A DNA stretch of 64,000 nt from Anaerolineales bacterium (GCA_034430775.1 DAOUDU010000081.1:19063-83062); one strand, 5' to 3'; shown: positions 19,459 through 28,890, counted from the stretch's first letter. Made by a program: numbers and translations. Notes: a model not told the origin generated them from the sequence alone.

Positions 19459-20892
19459 ATGCCCGATCCTCAAAACCAACCGCCGATCGACAGAAAAGCG
19501 CGGATGAAGATCCCTTATCAAGCCCCTCCGGTAAGGCCGGTTGCGGAACGGCTGAAGGATTTCCGGGAAACGCTTATCCCGCTCACCCCTGAAAGGGCGA
19601 TGCGCGAGGCGGGCCGCTGTCTGCAGTGCCCGATGGCGCCTTGTGTCAAGGCCTGCCCGGTCGGCAACGACATTCCCGGTGCGCATTTAAAAATCGAACG
19701 GGGGGATTTCCTTGGTGCGGCGAAAATTTACCGCCGAACTTCGACCATGTCTCAGATTTGCGGCCGGATCTGCCCGCACGAACAACTTTGCGAATGCGCC
19801 TGCATCCGCAATAAAAATCACGAGCCGGTTTTATGCGGCGCCTTGGAAGCTTTTGCATCTGATTTCGAACGCGCGCAGAATCCCTTCCACATTATTCCCG
19901 GATCCCCCAGCCACAAGCGGGTCGCCGTGGTCGGCGCAGGACCGGCCGGGCTGGCATGCGCCGAACAGCTTATCCTGCGCGGGCATGCGGTGACGGTTTT
20001 TGAATCAGCTTCCACTCCCGGTGGATTGCTCATCTACGGCGTCCCCAGCTTCAAGCTCGATCCGGCCATTGTCCGCGCGCTGGTCGACGATCTGCGCCAC
20101 GCCGGTGCGGAGATCCGGACCGGCGTCGTCATCGGAAAAGCGCATCCCGTGGATGAACTACTGCGCGACGGGTATCACGCCGTTTTTTTGGGAACCGGCG
20201 CCTCAATCCCGACTTGCATGCAGGTTCCCGGGATCGATCTGCCGGGGATATTTCCCCCGGATGAATTCCTGGGCCGCAATAACGTCGATCCGGAAAGCCT
20301 GCCCGAAGCCTGGCGGGGGCCGTTGACCATCGGCAAACGCGTTGCGGTGATCGGCGGAGGGGATACGGCATCGGATTGTCTGCGGACCGCGCTGCGGAAG
20401 GGCGCGAGCCATGTCACCTGCCTTTACCGTCGGACGGAAACAGAAATGCCGGGCGGGAAGAAAGACCGCTTCTTGGCAAGTGAGGAGGGAGCGGAATATC
20501 GCTTCCTCAGCCAGCCGATCCGTTTCCTCCCCGGACCCGATGGCCGGGTCAGCGCCGTTGAGTGTTTGCAATGCGAACTGGGGGAACCCGATGCCCAAGG
20601 CCGCCGGCGTCCGATCCCGATCGACGGGTCCAATTTTTTCGTGCAAGCCGATACCGTCGTGTGCGCACTCGGGTACGGCGCCGATCCGGAGATCGGCCGG
20701 ACCACCAGTGGATTGGTGATCGACAAGAACGGCCTGCTGCGAACCGATCCGCAAACCGGCGCAACGTCCCGCCCCGGAATCTTCGCGGGGGGCGATGCGG
20801 TCTCCGGTCCGGACTTGGTGGTGAATGCGGTGGCCGCGGCGCGCCGGGCGGCCGCTTCCATCGACCATTTTCTCCGCAACGCCAACGCCTGA
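19459..20892 (+). CDS. NAD(P)-dependent Fe-S flavoprotein oxidoreductase (GltD / NfnB-SudA-like)
   Basis: RCLQCPMAPCVKACP, CGRICPHEQLCECAC, VAVVGAGPAGL, VIGGGDTASDC, IFAGGDAVSGP. Confidence 0.9.
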   Translation: MPDPQNQPPIDRKARMKIPYQAPPVRPVAERLKDFRETLIPLTPERAMREAGRCLQCPMAPCVKACPVGNDIPGAHLKIERGDFLGAAKIYRRTSTMSQICGRICPHEQLCECACIRNKNHEPVLCGALEAFASDFERAQNPFHIIPGSPSHKRVAVVGAGPAGLACAEQLILRGHAVTVFESASTPGGLLIYGVPSFKLDPAIVRALVDDLRHAGAEIRTGVVIGKAHPVDELLRDGYHAVFLGTGASIPTCMQVPGIDLPGIFPPDEFLGRNNVDPESLPEAWRGPLTIGKRVAVIGGGDTASDCLRTALRKGASHVTCLYRRTETEMPGGKKDRFLASEEGAEYRFLSQPIRFLPGPDGRVSAVECLQCELGEPDAQGRRRPIPIDGSNFFVQADTVVCALGYGADPEIGRTTSGLVIDKNGLLRTDPQTGATSRPGIFAGGDAVSGPDLVVNAVAAARRAAASIDHFLRNANA

Positions 20893-20980
20893 TTAAAAAC
20901 CGGACCCTGCATTACCTCCGGTTCATGGCATAATAATTGCAGCCAGTAACTTGCTCAGACTATCTGGCGATACTCACACA

Positions 20981-23500
20981 ATGCCTGCCTTTTTTCCGGA
21001 AATCCTGATCGGCCAATTCTCCAACGGCGTCTTCATCGAAGGCGCTCCGGCGGGCTACTCTGTGCATCCGACGCCCCGCCGTGCGGCCCGCGGCCGCGGC
21101 GGCGAGATTTTCTTTACGGCACTTTCGCTTCAAGCCCGCACGCCGATGCCGGATTCCGAACCCGACCGGCTGGCCCGGTTGATGTCCCGGGTATTCTTTG
21201 AAACTCCCGGTTCGGTGACGGCCGCCTTACGCGCGGCGTTTGTGGCCGCCAATGCCGAAATCCTCCCCTTCGGTCAAGCCTCCTCCACCATCGGATCCAC
21301 GGCTAACATTATGGTCCAATTGCACGCCGTATGTTCGGTCGTGCGGGATGGTGATTTGTACCTCGGATACGGCGGGAATATCCTGGCGCTGATTCTGCGT
21401 GAAAGTGGCGCGGAAACCTATCCATCGGCGGGCGATTCTTCGGCGAGGGCGCTGGGAACGACGCTTAATATCGATCTTCGCTACGGCCATACGGTCCTCT
21501 CGGGGGCAAGCACGGTGCTTCTCACCGCCGCACCGGCTGCGGCATGGACCTCGGCCGTTCCCTCCGGTCTGGCCAATCTCTCCCTGCAGGTGATCGGGGA
21601 ACGGATGGCGAAGCAATGCGCTTCCCAGGCCGGCTCCTTCGGCGGAATGCTCGTTCGTTTTTCCCGGGCAGAAGCCCCTGCCAAATCCGCGCCGCGCCTA
21701 CGCAAGGTCTCGCTGTTTCCGAAAAAACGAACTGGTCCGGAAATCCCGCAATCCGCGGTTGGCATTCCCGCCCCACCGCTGGCGTCCACCCGCCTGGAGC
21801 GGGGGACTTCCGAAACGCTGAAAGACGAAAAAGCATCATCCGGTAGTTCCATCCCGAGAACAACCGCAGCCGCTTCGCCGACTTCCTCAACCCGGATCTT
21901 CCCTTCGCCGGAAAGCCGGCCCATTCCACCGCCCATTGCCCGGGAACAAACCGGCGCCATTTCCAGTCAGCAACATTCCCAACGGGATGCGGATCGTTCC
22001 GGCCCGGCCGATAAATCCGGAGTCCAGCCCGCTGAAGAGAAGATGGTATCCGGCGCGCATGCGGCATTTCCAGTGCAGCGGATACTTCGTCCGACCGGCC
22101 GGGGGAAGGAAACGCCCGCGGGAACCGGATTATCCGCGCAGAACGCCGTGCTTGCCTTCGGCCGGTCGATACACATCACGATTTCCTCCGGATTGGAGGC
22201 GGTCCGGTCCTTCCTTGCGGGAATTCTCCCGCGGGGCGTGCTGCAGGAGAATGAACGCTTCACCCTGCCGCCGTCGGTCTTGCTCGGTACAGCGATCGCC
22301 ATTCCGCTGGTGATCGTCGCGGTAGTGGCGGTGATGTATTTCCGCAAAGGGTATGCTATGGAATTTTCGCGATTGATGGAAATAGCACACACCCAAGCCG
22401 CGGTGGCGAACGCGCAAACCGATCCGCTCCGTGCCCGGCAAGCCTGGCAGGAAGTGTTTGACGACCTTCAGATCGCCGCCAAATACGGCACATCGGATGA
22501 ACTCATCACGCTGCAGAATCACACCGCCCGGATGCTCGACAATTTCGACGGGATTACGCCGCTGGAATTCAAACCGGCGGTGGCCGGCGGTTTGGTGGAG
22601 GATACGCAGATCACCATGCTATTGACCGGGGACCGGGAATTGTACGCGCTGGACGGCATCCATGACCGCGTATTACGGCTTCTCCTCGGCCAGGGAGGAT
22701 ACCAACTTGATGAAACGTTTAATTGCCAGGCCGGCGACTATCCGGATATAACCGTTGGGACGCTTACGGATATGGTCTGGATTCCCGGCCTGGCGGTGGG
22801 GTCACAGACTCCATCCTCACCCCGCAGCGGAGTGATCGTCGCCATGGACCGTCACGGAACGCTGTTGTATTGCCCGCCGGGGGGAAAGGCGATGGCCGGC
22901 GAACTGGCCGCCCCTTTCAAAGGATGGTCCACTCCGTCCGCCATCGATTATTACAACGGCAGGCTGTACGTCCTCGACCCGGAAGGCAACGGCTTCTGGC
23001 GGTATGCCATGAGCGACGGCACCGGTTTCGATCAGCCGGCGTCGGCTTACTTTACTGCGGACCATCCGTCGTTGGTCGATGCGATCGATTTTGTCATTGT
23101 CTCCGGCGAGGTGTTCTTCCTGCATGCGGACGGTCACATCACGCGGTGCCAGTACGATCCGCTCTTCCAGCCGGAGGATTCAGATTCGACCGGCGGCATT
23201 TTATGCCAGGCCATCCCCTATAACGACACCCGGCCCGGCCGCTCAGCCGGCCCGCGGATCGAGGATGCCCTGCTCAATCGGATCTACTATAATGAGCCGC
23301 CGGAGCCGACTCTCTTTTTTCTCGACCCGCTCGGCCGCGGCGCATACCGCTTCAGCTTGGCGTTGAATTTCATCTCCCGTTACCGCGTGACCATCGCACC
23401 GGAGGGGCATGAAGCCACCGCGCTTGCCGTCGGCGCGGATAAAGTCCTTTACATCGCCATCGGGAACCAGATCTATTACGCCCAAACTCACACCCCATAA
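20981..23500 (+). CDS. Large single-pass membrane protein: PP2C-like N-terminus, Pro/Ser linker, TM, helical region, beta-propeller-like C-terminus
   Basis: Long uninterrupted ORF. TM VLLGTAIAIPLVIVAVVAVMYF. Repeated blade-like motifs LYALD, LYVLDP, VFFLHADG, LFFLDP, LYIAIG. Confidence 0.7.
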   Translation: MPAFFPEILIGQFSNGVFIEGAPAGYSVHPTPRRAARGRGGEIFFTALSLQARTPMPDSEPDRLARLMSRVFFETPGSVTAALRAAFVAANAEILPFGQASSTIGSTANIMVQLHAVCSVVRDGDLYLGYGGNILALILRESGAETYPSAGDSSARALGTTLNIDLRYGHTVLSGASTVLLTAAPAAAWTSAVPSGLANLSLQVIGERMAKQCASQAGSFGGMLVRFSRAEAPAKSAPRLRKVSLFPKKRTGPEIPQSAVGIPAPPLASTRLERGTSETLKDEKASSGSSIPRTTAAASPTSSTRIFPSPESRPIPPPIAREQTGAISSQQHSQRDADRSGPADKSGVQPAEEKMVSGAHAAFPVQRILRPTGRGKETPAGTGLSAQNAVLAFGRSIHITISSGLEAVRSFLAGILPRGVLQENERFTLPPSVLLGTAIAIPLVIVAVVAVMYFRKGYAMEFSRLMEIAHTQAAVANAQTDPLRARQAWQEVFDDLQIAAKYGTSDELITLQNHTARMLDNFDGITPLEFKPAVAGGLVEDTQITMLLTGDRELYALDGIHDRVLRLLLGQGGYQLDETFNCQAGDYPDITVGTLTDMVWIPGLAVGSQTPSSPRSGVIVAMDRHGTLLYCPPGGKAMAGELAAPFKGWSTPSAIDYYNGRLYVLDPEGNGFWRYAMSDGTGFDQPASAYFTADHPSLVDAIDFVIVSGEVFFLHADGHITRCQYDPLFQPEDSDSTGGILCQAIPYNDTRPGRSAGPRIEDALLNRIYYNEPPEPTLFFLDPLGRGAYRFSLALNFISRYRVTIAPEGHEATALAVGADKVLYIAIGNQIYYAQTHTP

Positions 23501-23520
23501 TTAGGAGTAAAGTCGGTTCC

Positions 23521-23750
23521 GCCCTGCCCCGGTTCCCCCGCTCGGGAAGTCTTCACGCCGGGAGATCGCCAGACCTCATTGCTTGAGGGGCAGGCGCCGC
23601 GGCGAGGCCAGGGTAGCCTTGCGAGATAAGCAAGACGTATCGAGACGGCTTGGCGCTCTTTTCTCAGGGTCTCGACACGGCTGCCACGGATCGGCGGCCT
23701 GCTCAACCATCTGATAAAGCCCCGGGATATTCCGGATGGGGAAAGCAGGG
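23521..23750 (+). ncRNA. Putative structured non-coding RNA (6S-like candidate; family not identified)
   Basis: Nested long-range pairings: CCCTGC/GCAGGG at the ends, CCGGG/CCCGG, GCAGGCGCCG/CGGCGGCCTGC, GTAGCC/GGCTGC, TCGAGAC/GTCTCGA, CTTGC/GCAAG. TAAAGT (-10-like) at 23508-23513. Confidence 0.5.
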
Positions 23751-23781
23751 TAAAATTCGCGCTGGAGGGACCTCCCCGAAA

Positions 23782-24906
23782 ATGAGTCGCTGGCCCGGAA
23801 AGTATGTCATCGGCCTGACCGGTAATATCGCCACCGGTAAAAGCGTGGTGCGCAAGATGCTTGAGCATCTGGGCGCCTTCGGTATCGACGCCGACGAGGT
23901 TGCGCACCGAGCGATGTCACGCGGCGGACCGGCCTACGAAGGTGTCATCCGGCTGTTCGGCGAATGGATTCTTGATTCGGGCGGGGAGATTAACCGAAAA
24001 GCGCTCGGGAGACTCGCGTTCGCGGACGCGAAACTCCTCGATCAACTGGAAGATATCATGCACCCGCTGGTGATCCAAGCGGTGGACCTCCTGATCCCCC
24101 GGTCGCATTCGCCGGTAATCGTGCTGGAAGCCATTAAATTATTCGAATCCGGATTGGCGGATTCCTGCGATGCCGTCTGGGTGGTGGATTGCACGCCGGA
24201 CATTCAAATCGACCGTCTGGTGCGCAAACGCGGTTTAAGCGAACCGACCGCCCGGCAGCGGATCAGCGCCCAGCCCGCCCAGAAGGAAAAACTGGCCCGG
24301 GCCAAAGTCATCATCCAGAATTCCAAATCCTTTGAGAACACCTGGAACCAGGTGCAGGCCGCCTGGACCGCCGGGGCGCAGCCATCGGACGCGCTTCCTG
24401 AAGCGACGGTTGTGCGAGGAGAACTCGCCATCCGCCGCGGCCGGCCTTCGGATGCCGACCTGATCGCCTCCTTCTTTAACCAAACCCGCAAGCCCGCCAC
24501 CCCCCTCACCCGTGCCGACATTATGGCGGCGTTCGGTCAAAAAGCCTATTTCCTCCTGGAACAGGAAGGAAAAATGGTCGGCGCGATCGGCTGGCAGGTG
24601 GATAACCTCGTCACCCGCGCCGACGAGATCGTTCTAGCCCCGGAAGCACCGGTGGATCAATCCCTGCAAATGCTGATCACGGCAATGGAGACGGCTTCCG
24701 CGGATCTGCAAAGCGAAGCCGCAGTTATTTATTCGGATCCGGCACTGGCCAAATCCAGGGCCTGGAAAGCTGCCGGTTACGCCGCCAGTAAGATCAGCGA
24801 TCTGGGTGTCAAAGCCTGGGAGGAAGCTGCCCAGGAATCGGCTGTGCCCGGCACCGCGCTGCTGTTTAAACGCCTACGGGCCGACCGCGTCCTGCGGCCG
24901 ATTTGA
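23782..24906 (+). CDS. coaE: Dephospho-CoA kinase with a C-terminal GNAT-like extension
   Basis: VIGLTGNIATGKS, IDAD..AH, INRK.LG..F, IMHPLV, LEAIKLFE, RISAQ. About 165 extra C-terminal residues. SD GGAGG before the ATG at 23782. Confidence 0.88.
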   Translation: MSRWPGKYVIGLTGNIATGKSVVRKMLEHLGAFGIDADEVAHRAMSRGGPAYEGVIRLFGEWILDSGGEINRKALGRLAFADAKLLDQLEDIMHPLVIQAVDLLIPRSHSPVIVLEAIKLFESGLADSCDAVWVVDCTPDIQIDRLVRKRGLSEPTARQRISAQPAQKEKLARAKVIIQNSKSFENTWNQVQAAWTAGAQPSDALPEATVVRGELAIRRGRPSDADLIASFFNQTRKPATPLTRADIMAAFGQKAYFLLEQEGKMVGAIGWQVDNLVTRADEIVLAPEAPVDQSLQMLITAMETASADLQSEAAVIYSDPALAKSRAWKAAGYAASKISDLGVKAWEEAAQESAVPGTALLFKRLRADRVLRPI

Positions 24907-25039
24907 GTTTATACGCGGAGTTCACTAATCGGACTCATTTTCCCCTCTCTCCTCATTCCATCGGCCTGGGTATATGCATTCGCCATCGCAACCTCCCTCC
25001 CTATTGCATGTATGTATCCCCTTATTACGCACGTTATCC

Positions 25040-25083
25040 AAAAGAAAAAACCGTCCTCTCTCATGAGGACGGTTTTTTCTTTT
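25040..25083. terminator. Bidirectional intrinsic terminator
   Basis: 19-bp perfect inverted repeat AAAAGAAAAAACCGTCCTC / GAGGACGGTTTTTTCTTTT between convergent genes. Confidence 0.85.
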
Positions 25084-25092
25084 CAAATTCAT

Positions 25093-26070
25093 TTATTCGG
25101 GCAGAATACCCGCCGCTTTTTCCGGAGATCCCGTATCGGCAAGCAGTAAATAATTCGGCCCGCCGAACCGCGTCAGAACCACCGCCCCCAAACCAAACGC
25201 CATTACCAACAGCACCAGGATCTGGCCGGCGAAGGGAATGTACCCGAGCGTACTCGCGACCAGGGTGAGGAGTGTGGTGCCGATTCCCGCCATAACCGCC
25301 GGGTGTACTTTGGCGCCAAGCATGCCGCATACTTGCCTGCCGATCTCCCGCCCCATGGCTACCCAACCGAGCAGCGCGGCCACCAGCACGACGATGCTTC
25401 CCAGAATGCCGACCGGCGAGAGGCAAACCGTGAGCGCCAGGAGCAGGAAAAGCGTCATTGCGGCCAGCATGGTCAATAGGCCGATCAGGAACGAAATCGC
25501 GGGTTTCACAATAATCGTGCGCGCTACCCGTTCGACAGGCGTCGGAAGAAACAACACGATCACTATGGCGACCGCTGATAGCAGGAACACCCGGAAGAGG
25601 ATGACGCTGAATTTGTACCAGAGGTCAACCCCGCCGGTTTCCATTGCCGGCGCTTCCCCCGCCGTTGCCGAGAGCGGCCACGAAAATCCTTCAATGGTCT
25701 GAACGGATCCGGTGATCTTAGCTCCCGGGTCGAGCGCAGGGGCCGAGCCGAGACACGCAAGGGTCCCGGACATCGTCGCCGCCGGGCTGAAGTGGATGGA
25801 CGCGTCCAGCGCGGCAACATCGCCGGTAATTTCCCCCGCCGACTCCAAGGATCCCCCAATCAGTATGAGATTGCCCTGTAAAGTGGATCCCTGCTCGAGG
25901 ATAATGGAACTTTCCACGGCGATCAGATTTCCCGAATACGTTTGCTGGGCCGGCACGCTGAAGGATTCCCGAAAGAGAATCCCGTTTGCCCCGGGTTGGA
26001 AAACCGACCCCGAAAAGAGGAACGACCCCAGGAAAAATGCGATCCGGGATCCGTGGCGAAGCGAGGTCAT
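25093..26070 (-). CDS. Bactofilin-like (polymer-forming beta-helix) domain fused to a multi-TM domain
   Basis: Repeats such as TLQGNLILIGGSLESAGEITGDVAAL followed by about 5 TM helices. Start at 26070 overlaps the anti-sigma stop. Confidence 0.7.
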   Translation of the reverse strand: MTSLRHGSRIAFFLGSFLFSGSVFQPGANGILFRESFSVPAQQTYSGNLIAVESSIILEQGSTLQGNLILIGGSLESAGEITGDVAALDASIHFSPAATMSGTLACLGSAPALDPGAKITGSVQTIEGFSWPLSATAGEAPAMETGGVDLWYKFSVILFRVFLLSAVAIVIVLFLPTPVERVARTIIVKPAISFLIGLLTMLAAMTLFLLLALTVCLSPVGILGSIVVLVAALLGWVAMGREIGRQVCGMLGAKVHPAVMAGIGTTLLTLVASTLGYIPFAGQILVLLVMAFGLGAVVLTRFGGPNYLLLADTGSPEKAAGILPE

Positions 26071-26606
26071 TGCTTCTTTCCCTTTGCATTCGTTCGAACG
26101 AACAGCAGTAGCCAGAGGATTCCGACCAGGCTTATGAAGAAAATCGCAAAGAGGTAGCACGCGGGGGGAATGGACCGGGCAACGATGGTCAGGAAAGCGC
26201 CGAGCGCGTTGGTTGTATTCATCCAATCCGCAAGTGCTCCGGTAGCGGCCGAGAGGTCGCGTGTAAACACACCGGCCAGGGAAAACCCTTGGGCGGAGGT
26301 TTGAGCGGCCAGCACGAGTGCCATGACCAGCGAACCGGCCGAACTCGCGGCCAGCATCGCCCAAGCCGGTCGCCGGCTCGGAATCCGGATGCGCTCAGCG
26401 GCCAATGCTTTCCACCGGGAGGTAAACCCATCCCGGGGTGATTTCAACACGGCGTTTTTCAGGCTTTGGCGCGCGGCTTCCCATGCTTCCGCGGTGGTCC
26501 GGCAATCCGCACAATCCTGCAAATGACGGTGGAGTTCGCGGGAGGAATCCGCCGGGAGGGTCTCCTCCTCGAAAATCCATTCTCGGTACCGCAGATGATT
26601 ATTCAT
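26067..26606 (-). CDS. Zinc-finger (ZAS) transmembrane anti-sigma factor
   Basis: HLQDCADC (HxxxCxxC) near the N-terminus plus TM helices. Directly downstream of the ECF sigma gene. Confidence 0.8.
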   Translation of the reverse strand: MNNHLRYREWIFEEETLPADSSRELHRHLQDCADCRTTAEAWEAARQSLKNAVLKSPRDGFTSRWKALAAERIRIPSRRPAWAMLAASSAGSLVMALVLAAQTSAQGFSLAGVFTRDLSAATGALADWMNTTNALGAFLTIVARSIPPACYLFAIFFISLVGILWLLLFVRTNAKGKKQ

Positions 26607-27180
26607 GGCCTCCTCCGGGTGAAACGGGAGAGAGATGGCGGGCGGGCCATCGCTCGGCCAGCGTATGCCGGGCCCGATGCAGACGGCTTTTAACGGCACC
26701 CACCGAAACGCTCAGGGAGCGTGCAATTTCCTCATAGGACATATCGTGCCAATAGCGCATGACGATCATCGCCCTTTCCTCATGTCCCAGCACATCCAGG
26801 AGCTGCTGCACGGCCTCCTGTTCCTGTTTACGTTGGGTCTGGTCTTCCGGATCGGGAGTCTCGTCGGGTGCGTCGTCCTCGGGGAGCAAACTTTCGAGGG
26901 AAATGAGGATCGGCCGTTTTCGGCGTAGGCGGTCGATGCAATAATGAGCCGCAATCGAAAGCATCCACGTACCGAAAGGCCGCTGGAAATCATATTTGGA
27001 AAGACCCTGGTAGGCACGCCAGAACGATTCCTGCGCGGCATCCTCGGCATCTTCCGAGTTCCCAAGCATCCGGTAGCATAGATTGAACACCGGCTTCTGG
27101 AATGCTTCCACAACCCGGCCAAAGGCATCGACATCCCCCTTGCGAGCCGCGAGCAGCCATTCCTTCTGAATCTCTACCAC
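26599..27180 (-). CDS. ECF RNA polymerase sigma factor (SigW-like)
   Basis: DAEDAAQESF, F.TW...IA.HYCID.LRRK, SYEEIA..L.VS.GAVKSRLHRAR. Confidence 0.93.
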   Translation of the reverse strand: MVEIQKEWLLAARKGDVDAFGRVVEAFQKPVFNLCYRMLGNSEDAEDAAQESFWRAYQGLSKYDFQRPFGTWMLSIAAHYCIDRLRRKRPILISLESLLPEDDAPDETPDPEDQTQRKQEQEAVQQLLDVLGHEERAMIVMRYWHDMSYEEIARSLSVSVGAVKSRLHRARHTLAERWPARHLSPVSPGGGHE

Positions 27181-27282
27181 GGTAGGGCTTCACCTCGAAG
27201 GCCGCTCCGGTTCTTCCAACCGCCATTTTCCCGGCATATCCCAATGCAGAATTGCCGACCATTGGGTGGACCTAAGGAAATA

Positions 27283-27309
27283 TACGGGGGGGAGCTCCGG
27301 AGGGTTGCA
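27283..27309 (-). promoter_or_regulatory. Candidate ECF-type (autoregulatory) promoter TGCAAC-N17-CGTA
   Basis: Matches the AAC (-35) / CGT (-10) ECF pattern about 100 nt upstream of the sigma gene. Confidence 0.4.
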
Positions 27310-27387
27310 GAATGAAAAGGCGCAGGTGTAAGAGCACAGTGCACCATGCCCTTACACCTGCGCCATGGTTCCGTTCTGGTAGAACGG

Positions 27388-28773
27388 CTACTCGCTCTCT
27401 GATTCGGAGTCGTCCGATGGATCCTTGTCGGGGACGTCCGCTACGCCCTCCTGGGAGTCATCCGATAGGTCCTTCCCGGACTCGTCCACTGCGTCCTTCC
27501 CGGAGTCATCGAATTGGTTCTTCACGGGAACGTCCGCTGCGTCCTTCTCGGAGTCATCCGACAGGTCTTTCCCGGACTCGTCCGATAGGTCCTTCATGGC
27601 TGTATCCCAATCAAGATCCGCATACTGAGCGGAGGTTACCCGGCGGATGCTCAGACCGATCCGGCGGCTTTCAACATCGATCTTGACCACCCGCAGGGTC
27701 AGGGCCTGGCCTACCTGGACGATTTCCTTGGGATGTTCCACCCGGTTTTCAGACAGCTCTGTGATATGGATTAGCCCTTCAATGTCATCGAATCCTTCAA
27801 TGCGTGCGAAGGCGCCGAATTTGGTCAGTTTTGTGATTGTGCCGCTCACCAATTGGCCCTCGGTCAGTTTGCCGCTGGCGATGCTGAAGGGATCCTCCTC
27901 CATCGACTTCATGGAGAGGCTGATCCGCTTGCGTTCCCGGTCCATACTGATGACTTTGACCTTCACCGTTTCGCCGACCTTCAGAACTTCCGAGGGGTGG
28001 CTGATCCGTTTCCAGGTGATTTCGGAGAGGTGAACCAGTCCATCCGCCCCGCCAAGGTCGACGAAAGCGCCGAAGTTGGCCAGGCTGATCACATGTCCGG
28101 TGCGGACCTCGCCCTCCTGCAGTTCCTGCAACAGCCGTTCCTTCTGGCTTTCGCGGGATTCTTTTGCGGCCGCCCGTTCCGAAAGGATCAGGCGATTCCG
28201 GCTGCGGTCGACTTCGATCACTTTGACGCAGATCGGCTCGCCGACCATCCGGCTCCATTTCTGGTCGACGGTTTCGCCCTCGCTGCGGTGACGCCGGGAG
28301 AGGCTGAATTGGGATGCCGGGACGAAACCGCGGAGATTGCCGACCTTGACAATCAATCCGCCTTTGTTGAAACCGTCCACGCGCCCCTGGAAGACCTCCT
28401 GACTTGTGCGCAAATCTTCCGCCTGCTGCCAGTCGGTTTCCTCCTGAGCCCGCGCCAGAGAGAGCACAACGTTGCCGTTGTGATCTTCCGGCACGACGAC
28501 GTAGACGTTGATTTCCTGCCCTTCCGTGAGCTTCTCGCGGGCATCAGCCGAGAGCCGATCCAATTCCCTGGACGGGATGATGCCTTCTGATTTGGTGCCG
28601 ATGGAAACGAGGATTTCCTCCGGCGTCACCCGTGCGATAGTTCCCTTGCGGACCTCGCCCTTCTTGGGGACATCGGTTCCTTGCGTATCCTGCAAGAGCT
28701 CGTTCATGGGGGTGTCGTTGCTTGGGGATTCGGCCTCGACGCCCTGGCTGGGAAGCTGACTGCGGTTTTGCAT
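27388..28773 (-). CDS. rpsA: 30S ribosomal protein S1 (four S1 domains) with an acidic repetitive tail
   Basis: Four S1 repeats (KSEGIIP, GFVPASQ, FGAFVDLGGADGLVHLSE, FGAFARI...EGLIHITE). Start set at the ATG at 28773. Confidence 0.93.
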   Translation of the reverse strand: MQNRSQLPSQGVEAESPSNDTPMNELLQDTQGTDVPKKGEVRKGTIARVTPEEILVSIGTKSEGIIPSRELDRLSADAREKLTEGQEINVYVVVPEDHNGNVVLSLARAQEETDWQQAEDLRTSQEVFQGRVDGFNKGGLIVKVGNLRGFVPASQFSLSRRHRSEGETVDQKWSRMVGEPICVKVIEVDRSRNRLILSERAAAKESRESQKERLLQELQEGEVRTGHVISLANFGAFVDLGGADGLVHLSEITWKRISHPSEVLKVGETVKVKVISMDRERKRISLSMKSMEEDPFSIASGKLTEGQLVSGTITKLTKFGAFARIEGFDDIEGLIHITELSENRVEHPKEIVQVGQALTLRVVKIDVESRRIGLSIRRVTSAQYADLDWDTAMKDLSDESGKDLSDDSEKDAADVPVKNQFDDSGKDAVDESGKDLSDDSQEGVADVPDKDPSDDSESESE

Positions 28774-28890
28774 GAAGGTATCTTTCTCCGGTGGTTTAAT
28801 GTAAGGCATTATAAAGGGAATTCCAAGGTTTTGGCAACCGCAGCCGGATATGGCTTGGATTCCGCAGCTGGGAGGTATAATTTTCCCCCT

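Noticed and set aside
23521-23750. SRP RNA, RNase P RNA, tmRNA or a common riboswitch
   Set aside because: The diagnostic motifs are absent on both strands. Kept only as an unidentified structured RNA.
23650-23781. N-terminal extension of CoaE from the ORF track
   Set aside because: It overlaps the structured RNA candidate. A SD and ATG at 23782 match the normal CoaE start.
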